Assembly (NCBI GenBank): GCA_965205425.1
Contig: CBDBGZ010000004.1
Coordinates: 192,001-256,000, forward strand
Reading direction: 5' to 3'
DNA length: 64,000 nucleotides
Source of the DNA: Nitrosopumilus sp.
GTDB lineage: Archaea > Thermoproteota > Nitrososphaeria > Nitrososphaerales > Nitrosopumilaceae
A program made the position numbers and the translations under genes. This document shows positions 31,046-42,154 of this stretch, in pieces; position 1 is the first letter of the stretch, and every line of letters begins with the position of its first letter. The notes beneath the pieces are model-generated. The model was not told where the DNA came from. It saw only the letters and a list, made by a program, of their open reading frames with translations, and made no database searches.

Positions 31046-31998
31046 TGAACATACAAGAAAAACAAAACTGTCCTGAATGTAAATCTACATTAGTAGATGA
31101 CATGCAGAATGGTGAAATCATCTGTTCTGGTTGCGGCGTAGTAGTCGATGATCAGATTGCAGATTTTGGTCCAGAAACCATTAGCTCAAACTTCGAAGAC
31201 AAGATGAAGCTTGCAAGAGCAACCGGACAAACAACATATTCCCAACATGATTTGGGAATAACTACTGAGATTTCAATCAGTGCAAAAGACTTTAGTGGAA
31301 AAACAATCAACCATGATGTCGCAAATCAAATGCACAATCTCAGAAAGTGGCAACAAAGAGTAAGAGTTTCCTCACCAAGAGAGAGAAGATTAGCAAATGT
31401 TTTAACAAAAATGGGTGAAACATGCGATGGTCTTAGTCTTTCAAAGAATGTTTTGGAAACTGCATCTATGATATACAGAAACTTGGATGGACATGTTGAT
31501 GTGAAGGGAAAATCAGTAGTTAGCATTACAGCTGCTACAATCTACATGGCATGCAAACAATGTGATGTAGTAAGATCATTAGAAGAAATTTGCCGAGGAA
31601 TTTGTCCAGCAAAAGATGTTAAATCAAAAACAAAACTTGCAGCTAGATACTATCGAACCATGGTAATGGAAATGGGACAATTACATGCCCCAGTTGTAAC
31701 CATGGACAAATACATCTCAAAGATAGCAAACATGACACAGACTGAGGTCAGAGTTGAAAGACTAGCCTTGGAAATTGCTGAAAAAACCAAAGACAGCAGT
31801 ATTGCGGATGGAAAGGCTCCAAACGGAATTGCCGCAGCATATCTGTATGTAGCATCTGTCCTACTTGGTCAAAATGTCCTACAAAGAGACGTTTCAAGTA
31901 TTGCAGGAGTCACAGAAGTCACTATCAGAAATAGATGTAAAGAAATTCTAACATGCTACAAACTCAAAATTACTTTGAGACCATCTCTGGCCAACTAA
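31045..31998 (+). CDS. tfb: Transcription initiation factor TFB
   Basis: CPEC..CSGCG zinc ribbon, two cyclin repeats, GVTEVTIRNR. Confidence 0.96.
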   Translation: MNIQEKQNCPECKSTLVDDMQNGEIICSGCGVVVDDQIADFGPETISSNFEDKMKLARATGQTTYSQHDLGITTEISISAKDFSGKTINHDVANQMHNLRKWQQRVRVSSPRERRLANVLTKMGETCDGLSLSKNVLETASMIYRNLDGHVDVKGKSVVSITAATIYMACKQCDVVRSLEEICRGICPAKDVKSKTKLAARYYRTMVMEMGQLHAPVVTMDKYISKIANMTQTEVRVERLALEIAEKTKDSSIADGKAPNGIAAAYLYVASVLLGQNVLQRDVSSIAGVTEVTIRNRCKEILTCYKLKITLRPSLAN

Positions 31999-32046
31999 TT
32001 ACATCCCCCTCCCCCCCTCTTTTCATTTTATTATCCACCCTTACGA

Positions 32047-32060
32047 TTAGGATTAGCTAA
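32047..32060. promoter_or_regulatory. Palindromic operator upstream of the sufC TATA box
   Basis: TTAGGATTAGCTAA; same motif twice upstream of sufB. Confidence 0.6.
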
Positions 32061-32101
32061 ATTTCGTCGGTATTATATATAGAATCAAAACAAATCGCAA
32101 T

Positions 32102-32872
32102 ATGGCAGTATTAGAAATCAAAGATCTTCACGTAACAAGAGAAGGTAAAGAGATTCTCAAAGGCGTTAATTTGAAAACAGGGCCTGGGGAAGTACATGCC
32201 ATCATGGGACCTAACGGTTCAGGAAAAAGTACACTAGCTTATACATTACTTGCACATCCAAAATACGAAGTCATAAAAGGAGACATTTTGTTAGATGGTG
32301 AAAGCATTTTAGAATTAACTGCTGATGAAAGAGCAAAGAAAGGATTATTCTTAGGATTCCAATACCCAACTGAAGTTTCAGGAGTAGGTTTTTCTCATTT
32401 CTTAAGAACCGCATACAATTCTTTAAGTAAAGCGCTTGAAGGCGACAACAGAGAAGTGTTCATCACAGTTAGAGAGTTTCAAAAATATCTTAAAGAAAAC
32501 TTGGAAAAAGTTGGATTAAGAGAAGAATTCCTTTCCAGATATCTTAATGAAGGATTTTCAGGAGGAGAGAAAAAACGTGCAGAAGTTTTACAAATGGCAG
32601 TCTTGAAACCAAAAATTTCAATTTTAGATGAACCAGATTCAGGATTAGATATTGACGCAGTTCAAGCAGTAGCACAAGCAATCAGCAAAGTAGCAGACAA
32701 AGATGCAACAATTATCATTATCACCCACTATGCAAGAATCTTGAAATTCTTAGACAAATTAGATTTTGTTCACGTATTTGCAAAAGGACAAGTATTGAAA
32801 ACAGGCGATGCAGCACTTGCAGACAAATTAGAAGCAGAAGGTTACGAGTGGGCTTTGGAACAATCAACCTAA
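32102..32872 (+). CDS. sufC: Fe-S assembly ATPase SufC
   Basis: GPNGSGKST, FQYP, FSGGEKKR, LDEPDSGLDID. Confidence 0.97.
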   Translation: MAVLEIKDLHVTREGKEILKGVNLKTGPGEVHAIMGPNGSGKSTLAYTLLAHPKYEVIKGDILLDGESILELTADERAKKGLFLGFQYPTEVSGVGFSHFLRTAYNSLSKALEGDNREVFITVREFQKYLKENLEKVGLREEFLSRYLNEGFSGGEKKRAEVLQMAVLKPKISILDEPDSGLDIDAVQAVAQAISKVADKDATIIIITHYARILKFLDKLDFVHVFAKGQVLKTGDAALADKLEAEGYEWALEQST

Positions 32873-32904
32873 TCAATTTTAAATAAAACCTTTTTCAAAA
32901 AAAT

Positions 32905-35747
32905 GGTGCTGTCCAATTTTGCCAATTTCGGACATGAATTGCATGATTCTTGCACAGAAATATGCAGAACAGACTCCACATACGGCCATATGGATCAAGG
33001 CCGTCACTGCAATGCCGTGATTTTGTGCCAAAATGACACGCACCGACACATAGCTTACGCTAGGGCCGGACCCCTATTCCGGACACGCAATGTCAGGATA
33101 TCAGGTTGTAGCAGACGCACATGATGGTCAACTGCAGTCTTCTTACAGACTCGCTTCTTGCGCGAGCCACCGCACCGAACCTCTCCTTGATTACAGAAAA
33201 CACGTCCTCGACCAGACTGCGCTGATGGTATGCCATTTCAAACCCTTTAGGATCATCGCGATGCCATCGCAACATCTTGCCCATCGGTGTAAATCCGCGT
33301 GGGACAGAGTTCCCCTTGGGGCATATTACCGGCCTGCGTCCGCTGTCAGTTATGACCCTGCAGTTCTCCCCTGCAAGGTATGCCGCATCAAGCAGCACGT
33401 CACCTGAACCCTGTGGCATCCTTGCAAACATGGTACGAAATACCGGCGAGTCATGCGTCCTTCCACAGGTCACCTCGCATGCAGATATCATTCCATGCGG
33501 GGCCACAAGTATGTGCAGCTTGTCAAATCCGCGCCTTGACACCAGTCCCTTCTTGGCATCCTCCCAGTCCTCGTATTTTGCTATGGAGAACCCCGACGAG
33601 TCGCCTCCAAGACTGCCGTGTGTGTCGTCTCCGGCCTGTGCCAGTAACAGTCCCTTGATCTGCCCCATGCGTCCGGAGAGTGACTTTGCCATGTTTCCCA
33701 GGGTGGATTTGGAGGGGATCTTTTTTAAGCCATAGGTGTTTACCGTACCTTGGTGCAGCTCCATGTATGGTATGTGTTTAGGTCACGCCTAGATTAAACC
33801 GAATAATTTAGATCAGAGAAGAATTTTCAAGAAATAATGGACTCTAAACCGTGCAAAAACTGTGATGATTTGGCAAGAAAAAATATAGAATTGGAAATCA
33901 AAATCAAGCAGCTAGAATCAAAATTATCTTACTATGATAACCCAAACTCTCCGCCATCATCTGATTCTCTCCATTGGAGGAAACAAAAGAAGAACAGAAA
34001 ATCAAACCATCACAACAAACCAGGACAAAAGCCGGGACACAAGGGAACAACTACTAATTTCAAACCAACAGAGACCATTCTTCACAAAACAGACCAATGC
34101 TCAATATGTAGCAGCAAGAAGATAGAACAAACCACACAACAAACCAGAATCATTGCAGAAATTCCAAAACCGCAACCAGTTATCATAACCAAACACGTAA
34201 TCCACTCATACTTTTGCAACAACTGCGGCAACACAACGACATCTGATTGTGCAATACCCCAGAAAGGAAATTTGGGATTTAATTTGACAGGGATCATACT
34301 ATCTCTGTGGTCAGCTAGAATTACACTAAGAAACATTGCAAAGATGCTTCAATCATTTTATTGTATAAAAATATCTGCAGGTACAATCAACAATTGTCTG
34401 TGTAACACTTCTGCAGCACTAGAACCTGTCGTAGAGAAAATCAGAGATGACATCTGTACCTCAAAATCTGCGCATTTTGATGAGACAAAATATTCCATTC
34501 ATGGAAATACGGGATGGGTATGGACTGGAGTGAACCAGAACTCGTGTTTTATCACAGTTGAGAAAAGTCGAGGCAAAAATGTGTTACAGAAACATTTCCC
34601 ATCATTTGCAGGAGTTGCAGTCTGTGACGGATGGATGCCATACCATATGTTTAGTATCAGACAGAGGTGCTGGGCCCACATACTGCGTGAGGCAAGACAC
34701 ACATCAGAAAAACTAGAAACAGACAATTCTACCTCATTGTATCAATCTTTGAAAGAATTGTTTGTATACATCACATTATACAAAATAGAAAAACCAAATT
34801 ATTTTCTGTATGATTCTGCCATACTGTCATTGGAGCAAATCCTGTTACAATATACTGATGATGAATCATTACAAAAATTTCTAACCAAGATTAATAACGC
34901 AAAGAATAACCTGTTCACATTTTTGCTATATCCAGGAGTGGAACCAACAAACAATGCAGCTGAGCGTGCATTACGAGAGTCAGTAATTTGTAGAAAGATT
35001 CGTGGATGTGTTAGGAATGAGAAGGGTATGAGAATGTTTGGAAATTTAATGAGTTGTATTATGACATGGAAGGTTAGGAATTGCAATATTTTAGATGAAA
35101 TTGTGAAATATGTGTGAGTCTGGACCTAAACACGTACCATGTATGTAACGTGGATTCTGTACGAGTGGTTGTGAAACACCATGTCCAGTACGCATAACAG
35201 CGAGGCAATCTCGGCATCGGTAGCATCTTTCCACACGGAGGGGATCAGCTTCTTGATTCGCTTGATCCTTGCCCTTATCTTCTTGCTCTCGCCCCTTCTA
35301 TTCTTCTCATATTGTGAGTAGTTGCGATACTTTCGTGCCTTGAGATTTCTGACGTGCTTGCGGTATTGTGTTACGTGTGCACCGTACAGTGCGTTCCTGT
35401 GCTTCTTTTTCCCAGTCATTACATGTACCAGTCATTTGGTGATCAAAAAACATGGCGGAATCCGTCATGATCTATAAGCTTTTCGCAAGTTTTGCGGAAA
35501 AAATTTGGACAGCACCCTCTCGCCCCTTCTATTCTTCTCATATTGTGAGTAGTTGCGATACTTTCGTGCCTTGAGATTTCTGACGTGCTTGCGGTATTGT
35601 GTTACGTGTGCACCGTACAGTGCGTTCCTGTGCTTCTTTTTCCCAGTCATTACATGTACCAGTCATTTGGTGATCAAAAAACATGGCGGAATCCGTCATG
35701 ATCTATAAGCTTTTCGCAAGTTTTGCGGAAAAAATTTGGACAGCACC
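32905..35747 (-). mobile_element. GC-rich IS5-family (IS903-like) element, copy A, interrupted by IS66 and carrying a duplicated 231-bp left end (35517-35747)
   Basis: TIR GGTGCTGTCCAA; 9-bp TSD CAAAAAAAT (32896-32904 / 35748-35756); transposase split into 33093-33764 and 35126-35419. Confidence 0.93.
33770..35137 (+). mobile_element. IS66-family element, copy 2 (transposase 33837-35117)
   Basis: Same TIRs and length as copy 1; 8-bp TSD CATGTATG inside the IS903-like transposase. Confidence 0.95.
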
Positions 35748-35758
35748 CAAAAAAATTA

Positions 35759-36664
35759 GGTGATTATCAATTATTCACCACCAACACATAATCTAACAAT
35801 AATGAGAAAGTATCCTCATCTCTGTTGTTGTATCTCCATTCCATTTCTTTGATGTACAACAAAAACTTTCCTGGACTTACTCCGTGATGCTTTGCCATGT
35901 TCTCTTTTGCAAAACTCCAAAACCCTTCGATTCCATTTATGTAAACATCGCCTTTACCAAACATTTTGCTGTGGTCTATTGAGAGATGCTTGTAACCATT
36001 GAAAATTAGAGAATCATATCCTTTCCACTTGTCCGTATACACAATACTTCCTTTCTTTACTTTCTTGATGGTGCTTGCAAGAAGAGTTTTAGCTTTGACG
36101 TTGTTTACAATCTCAACGTGAACTTTTCCCTTTCTTTCCAGTATGCCAAATACGATGGTCTTGTTCTTGGCACCTCTGCCACGATTTCCCTTTCTTTTTC
36201 CTCCAAAATACGCCTCGTCAGCCTCAATTTTCCCTTTTAGTTTCTTGTCAGATTCTGCTAGATGATACAGTATGGCATATCTAATACAATCAAAAGCATT
36301 TAGTGCAGTTGGATAACTGACATCCGCTTCTCTAGCTGCACGTCTTGCACTAATCCCAAGATCAAATAGTTTGACTAGGGCCAACCATTTTGTAAAATTA
36401 ATGTTGATGATATCAAACCATGTTCCAGCAAACGGTCTATAATCTGTCTTGCAATCTTTGCATCTTAGTTTCCCTCTTGAAATAATATAGTAATTCTCAG
36501 AGTTACATGATGAACAATGAATTGTGTTTTTCTTTTTGAATTGGTTGCAGAGAAATTCCAATGCCGTTGATTTGTTGTGAATTATTTTAGATAACTCAAT
36601 TATGTTGATTGTTTTTTCCAATAATTACTCAAAAATAGTTGGTGGTAATAGGTTTACAATCACC
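35759..36664 (-). mobile_element. IS1595-family element, copy 2 (transposase 35767-36621)
   Basis: 8-bp TSD AAAAATTA; one amino-acid difference from copy 1. Confidence 0.95.
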
Positions 36665-36751
36665 AAAAATTATTAGTTTACAAAGTTTTTGAAGATTCTA
36701 TAACAGAGAATCTAGTTTTTGTTTAAATAGGGTTTCAAAATTTGGAATAAT

Positions 36752-37429
36752 ATGTCAGAAGAAAATCAACAATATTATTTTAATTTCTCATTTTTTAAAG
36801 TAGACCCAAAATGGAGATGGATGGCAGACCTAGCAAAAGAAGAATCTGCAAAGGAAGTTGAGAATGTAATTAACAATTCAGGAATAATGTTTAGATCATA
36901 TTCAAATTTAGGATTAAGGGATGATGCGGACTTTATGTTTTGGTTTGCAGCAAAATCTGTTGAAGAAATACAAAAAGTAATGGAAAAAATTTACAAAACA
37001 GTTTTTGGAAAATATATCATACCTTCAAGGACATACCTTTCATGTACTAGACCTTCAGTTTACGTCCAAGAAGCAAGAAAAGAGCATGGTTTTCTAACTG
37101 GAATGGAACCAAAAAAACACGTCGTAGTTTATCCATTTACTAAAACAAGAGAGTGGTATCTCTTACCAAAAGAAAAGCGTCAAGAAATAATGGATGAGCA
37201 TATAAAAGTGAGTAAAAAATACCCACAAGTGGTTCTCAATACAACTTACTCATTTGGAATACATGATGAGGATTTCATGCTTGCATTTGAAGTAGATGAT
37301 ATCAGAGATTTTCAGGATTTAATCATGGATTTGAGAGAAACACAAGTTTCAACATATGTCAAAAAGGACATACCAATGATTGTGTGTGTGAAAAAAGACA
37401 TCGTCCCAATGATTTCCAGTTTAGGATAA
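36752..37429 (+). CDS. Chlorite dismutase / coproheme decarboxylase-like haem protein
   Basis: YPFTKTREWY.L..R...M.EH, TTYSFG..D..F. Confidence 0.9.
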   Translation: MSEENQQYYFNFSFFKVDPKWRWMADLAKEESAKEVENVINNSGIMFRSYSNLGLRDDADFMFWFAAKSVEEIQKVMEKIYKTVFGKYIIPSRTYLSCTRPSVYVQEARKEHGFLTGMEPKKHVVVYPFTKTREWYLLPKEKRQEIMDEHIKVSKKYPQVVLNTTYSFGIHDEDFMLAFEVDDIRDFQDLIMDLRETQVSTYVKKDIPMIVCVKKDIVPMISSLG

Positions 37430-37834
37430 GCCTACAAATTATTTAAAAATCAAATATCATAGGTGCAAATCTTGGATAAACATCCATAGCTCTATTATAG
37501 AGTGTTTTACATGTTCTTTAACTTTAATTCTGTAATTTTATTTAGAAATATTACTGAAAAATAAGGTTTTTTGAGCATATTAGTTCCTGTAAATCAGAAT
37601 TATCTTTTTAATTTGTTTATCGTGATGTTTGGTTAAAGATCTAAAATTACTCAAAGAAACAATGACAAAAGAACCATCAAAAGTCATCAAAGCATTAGAT
37701 ACAGCAGACAGACAGCAAACATACCCACTAACATTATCAGATCAGCTGCAGATGAAATTGAGAACAGGAATAAAATCCAAAAAGAGATTGAACCTAAAAT
37801 TAAGGACCAAACCAAAAATGAGATATTAGATCAT

Positions 37835-40081
37835 GAGACTTGGACATAATGATTTACAAAAATAATTTCCAATATTTCTCTAGCAACACAACATTCTCTT
37901 TACAGTTCTTGGATTCTCTGCACCAATTGCACAGTTGTAGTAAACTCTCAACTGATACACAAGAACACAAACCAACACAAATGATTTGACATTGTGCAAT
38001 CCCTTTACAGGCAATACTCTGATGTCAAAAATATCATCTTTGAGATACTCAAATACAGGTTCAATTGAGGTTTTTCTATCTGCATATACCCCAGATCATA
38101 AGTCTTTTCAATTTACTGTTCTTGCAAAATACTGATACATATTCAAATTAAATTTGTGGGTTCTAAAATATTCCATAACTGTATGTCTCATCTCATGAAT
38201 AGATTCATAAAATTCTGATTCAACATTAACATGTTTGCACTGTCTCCAAATCTCTTCAATCATACTCAAATGCGGGAAGCCTCTCAGAAGATATGCCAGT
38301 TTGACATCTTTGTTTTTACGCAGATATTCTTTTACATCATTAGCTTTGTGTTGTGGTGCCCTATCAACAATAACAAATATTTTTCCAAATTTTCTACGAG
38401 CTGCTTGCAAATAATCCATAAATGCAATTGAATTAAATTTTTCATACGATCTAAAAAAACTTTGATTGCCATCTGTCACCATTCCATAAACCAAAAATCT
38501 TTGGTGCGATCCTCTCCAACGTACAATCATTCGTTGGTGTGCATCTGTCCAGTATTTTTTACCAAGACGTACATCGTCTACAAATACAGACTCGTCTTGG
38601 ATGAATACTGTAAAACCTTTCTTTTTTGCCTTTTCTATGCGTGAAATGATGTGGTTTTTCCACTTGCGGCATGTATCCTTGGATGCTGCTCGTACATGTA
38701 CCTTTTGTGGAACCTTTGGTTTTAGATTCCATTTGTGCATCAAAGGACGCACATGAGTGATATGATATGTAATGCGTGTTCTGTAAAATATGAATTGTAC
38801 CAGTTTCTTTGGAGTCATGCCGTCTGAAATTTTCTTAAATGTACGCTCTATTTTTTGTAATTTTTTGTGTGAGATTAATGGCGGACGGCCAGAACGAGGG
38901 GGGGTCCTCCAGGCCCTCTAGTCCGTATTTTTCAAATGAATCAAGCCAATTCCTTACAGAATTGCATGTACAAAACATTTGGTTGGCAGTTTCAGCAATT
39001 GTGAATTTGTTGATCTTAATTATACACATTGCATGCAGTCTTTCCTTTTTCTTACCGTACTTTTCTTTTTTGTAGGCCCTGGAGTAACTCGTCATTTGTG
39101 ATGTCCATGAAATTATTTCTAACTACTGATCAAAAAGTATTGCTATTTGTTTTGAAAAATTGCAAAGAATTATGCTCCAAGGTATACATCTCTTGACCAA
39201 TTACAGAATTGTAAAACTCTACGAGTTTTATTCTCTCTGGCGGCGTATGCGGGTATTGTTTTATTGGAGTAATTAATCTCAGATTTTTCTTGTTGCTAAA
39301 TTGATGCAGTGAACCATTGTCATATGCAGGATCACATAAGATATTCTCGACAAATCCTGCAAGATTCAGTTAGTATTTCATACATCTTCTTGCCGTCATG
39401 AACATTTGCAGTTGAGACATCAGCAGATAGTGGAACAACCAGTTTGCCAGTACTACAACTCATATGCAGTTTGTACCCAAATATCCAACCCTTTGATTTT
39501 GAAAAACCCCATTTTGCATCTGTGTCAATTCCTGAGATTGAAAGTCTGTTTTGCTTCATATCTGACTTGTGCCATACTGGACCTGTAGCTTTTAGCATTG
39601 AACTATCCACTGATGCAGATATGTCATCGACTAGTTTCTCTGATACAAACAGACATTCCATATTACTGATTATATCGCCAATTGGCAGAACTTGGAATAT
39701 CTGTCAATGGTTCTTCTGTTTGGAATTTGAGCTAGTCTGCAAACCTTGAGCAATTTATCATTGATACCTTTAGTCAAAAGAAAATAATGTAATGTATTGT
39801 TGCTTGGAATTCTCATCCATGACTTTATGATGGACAGATGCTGTACCATTAGAATTGTAGAGTATACGTACGGTCTACCAGGTTTCAGTATCTCTTCATA
39901 CAAAGACAACATTCCCACCAAATACAAAATACCAATAAGAAATGATTCCGATAGAATCTTGCTAGGGATTTTCATTTGTTTTGACATTACAATGAACAAA
40001 ACAGGATAAGATCCTTAGCTTTTTCTATTTGAATAATTTGAGAATTGACTCAAAAATTAGAATTAGTTATGCCCATGTCTC
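37835..40081 (-). mobile_element. Degenerate IS982/IS5-like copy interrupted by IS630
   Basis: Ends GAGACTTGGACATAA / TTATGCCCATGTCTC; frameshifted; flanks do not match (no TSD). Confidence 0.9.
38087..39184 (-). mobile_element. IS630-family element, full length, frameshifted transposase (38108-39095)
   Basis: TA duplication (38085-38086 / 39185-39186); ends TACC..AG.TCATAA-like; IQDES, VDRAPQH, IEEIW motifs. Confidence 0.93.
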
Positions 40082-40644
40082 GTGTAATTGTTTGGTCAAT
40101 TCCATCTGATAATGCAACAATCATTTTCTCTTGTGGTATTTTTGCAATCTGCTTTCTAATCCAAGAGCCTGATGGAATTACACATTCAGTTTTTATCTTC
40201 AGTTTATTTGCAGTTGATTCAGAATAGCAGTTACCAAGACAACATTCCATAATGAAATGATGTATAGCGAAAAGATAAAGTTCGTGAACTAAAAATCATC
40301 AAAAAACTAGAGATTAGATGATTTTACCTAAGGTAAATACGAATAAACAATCTGAAACACCTTGAAAATAGTTCATGAACATATGCTTCTCGCTATATGT
40401 CCTCTGAATTGTATATGGCATTACTTTTTTGTGAGCAAGAAAACGACAACGTCGTGCACATTATTTTAGCGATATTTGTAAATGCTTGAGTTGTTGAATT
40501 TCTAATGTGTGTAAAATCAAGATTATGATTCATATTTGATGGGGCAGCACACCTCCTTCAAGCTTTTTCTATCCAAATTTGTTGTTTAACTGATGAAATA
40601 ATGGTTAGTTTGTGATCTAAATTGAGTTACTTTCCCAAGTACTG
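40082..40644 (-). mobile_element. 5' remnant of an ISH3-like element
   Basis: End CAGTACTTGGGAAAGTA at 40644; removing the MITE restores MNHNLDF...NAIYNSEDIHHFIMECCLGNCYSE...IPSGSWIR. Confidence 0.7.
40265..40395. mobile_element. 131-bp MITE with TA duplication (IS630-type)
   Basis: Imperfect ~26-bp TIR TAGCGAAAAGATAAAGTTCGTGAACT / TAGCGAGAAGCATATGTTCATGAACT; removal restores the host ORF. Confidence 0.85.
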
Positions 40645-40758
40645 CATTTGTTTCTATTCTGTATCCCTTGCCAGATTCGTAGTTTCAAAATCAATAATAG
40701 TAAGATTATTTTTCATTTTTACTTAAAATAGTAAGAATACCTTATAAAACTACCCAGT

Positions 40759-41808
40759 ATGACTAGTTGTATAAACATAAATGATGAAATTTTAGATCAA
40801 AAAATAGTTTTGAAATACAATAAACTAGGAAAAACAGACATTGAAATCTCAGAGATAGGATTTGGAGCATGGGCAATTGCACTTGATTGGTGGGGCAAAA
40901 AAATTGAAGAAGATGAAGCAAAACGAATGCTCAAAAAAGCATACGATGTAGGAATTAATTTCTTTGAAACAGGGGATTTGTACGGTAAAGGATTAAGTGA
41001 AAAAATAATTGGCGAAGTTTTCAAAGATATGAGAGACGAGATTGTTATTTCTACAAAATATGGTTATGATTTTAGCGGTGTTGAACAAATAGGACACAAA
41101 GAACTTCCACAAAGATTTGATGAAGATTATACTAGAATGGCACTAAGAAATAGTTTAGAACGATTACAAACAGACCATGTTGATATGTATGGTGTACATA
41201 ATCCAAAATTAAAAGACGTAAGGAATGATTCTATTTTCAACTTACTTGATAGTTTCATTAAAGATGGCTCCATCAAAACATATCAAATTGCTTTAGGTCC
41301 TGCAATAGGATGGACCCAAGAGGGCATGGAAGCAATAGATAAACCAAATCTAAGTGCAGTTCAAACAGTTTACAATATTTTAGAACAAACACCGGGAAAT
41401 GAATTAATGAAAAAAGCTGAAGAGAAAGATGTAGGAATTCTAGTCAGAGTTCCAGAAGCATCAGGAATTTTAACAGGCAAAGTTAATGCAAATACAAAAT
41501 TTGATGATAATGATCACAGATCAGTAAGAAAAAGAGAATGGCTCAAAGCATCACTAGAAAAAGTTGAACAGTTCAGACCAATTGCAGACAGAAATGGGTT
41601 AAACATCACAGAATTTGCAATGAAGTATATGATGACAAAGAAAGGATTTGCAACAGTACTTCCAACAATGATCAGTGAAGAAGAAATTGTAAATTATGCT
41701 CAGATATCAGATGGAAAATATATTTCAGATTCAGACATGAAAGAAGTAGAAGAATTATACAATACCTGGCCTTCATACGAATTAAAAGTAACACCTCAAG
41801 CAAATTAA
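40759..41808 (+). CDS. Aldo/keto reductase (start probably near 40810)
   Basis: LGKTDIEISEIGFGAW, ISTK, SLERLQTD. Confidence 0.93.
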   Translation: MTSCININDEILDQKIVLKYNKLGKTDIEISEIGFGAWAIALDWWGKKIEEDEAKRMLKKAYDVGINFFETGDLYGKGLSEKIIGEVFKDMRDEIVISTKYGYDFSGVEQIGHKELPQRFDEDYTRMALRNSLERLQTDHVDMYGVHNPKLKDVRNDSIFNLLDSFIKDGSIKTYQIALGPAIGWTQEGMEAIDKPNLSAVQTVYNILEQTPGNELMKKAEEKDVGILVRVPEASGILTGKVNANTKFDDNDHRSVRKREWLKASLEKVEQFRPIADRNGLNITEFAMKYMMTKKGFATVLPTMISEEEIVNYAQISDGKYISDSDMKEVEELYNTWPSYELKVTPQAN

Positions 41809-41815
41809 TTTGTAA

Positions 41816-42154
41816 ATGAGTGACCCAATAGATATAGAAAAAACTCTGAAAGTTATTGAAATAATGAAGATTGCCAAGATAGGCAAATACAAGAAATGGG
41901 AAACCATGATAAAAAAAATCAAAAATTATCAGAAACTAAATCCTGAAGAATTAGAATATTATTCAAACATAACTAGAATCTACAAGGAATCAGGCATCAC
42001 ATCTAGAAGTAAAGTATACCATACCAAACTCTCAGAATTGGATGAAAAACCACCATGCAAAGAATGTGGAGATGATTCACAATTCTATTGCAACATGAAC
42101 GATCAATATTTTTGTACAATTCATGTCGTAGGACATGATGAGAATGAATTCTAA
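41816..42154 (+). CDS. Hypothetical protein with C-terminal zinc finger
   Basis: CKEC..C....FC..H...H. Confidence 0.75.
   Translation: MSDPIDIEKTLKVIEIMKIAKIGKYKKWETMIKKIKNYQKLNPEELEYYSNITRIYKESGITSRSKVYHTKLSELDEKPPCKECGDDSQFYCNMNDQYFCTIHVVGHDENEF

Noticed and set aside
37422..37436. DtxR-like palindrome TTAGGATAAGCCTA
   Set aside because: Overlaps the stop of the chlorite-dismutase-like gene, has different spacing and no matching TATA position
37629..37829. 66-aa ORF left of the nested IS stack
   Set aside because: No recognisable motif; probably a fragment
38108..39095. Programmed frameshift in the IS630 transposase
   Set aside because: The two copies break at different places (C-run near 38900 versus an extra T near 3796), so these are independent mutations or errors
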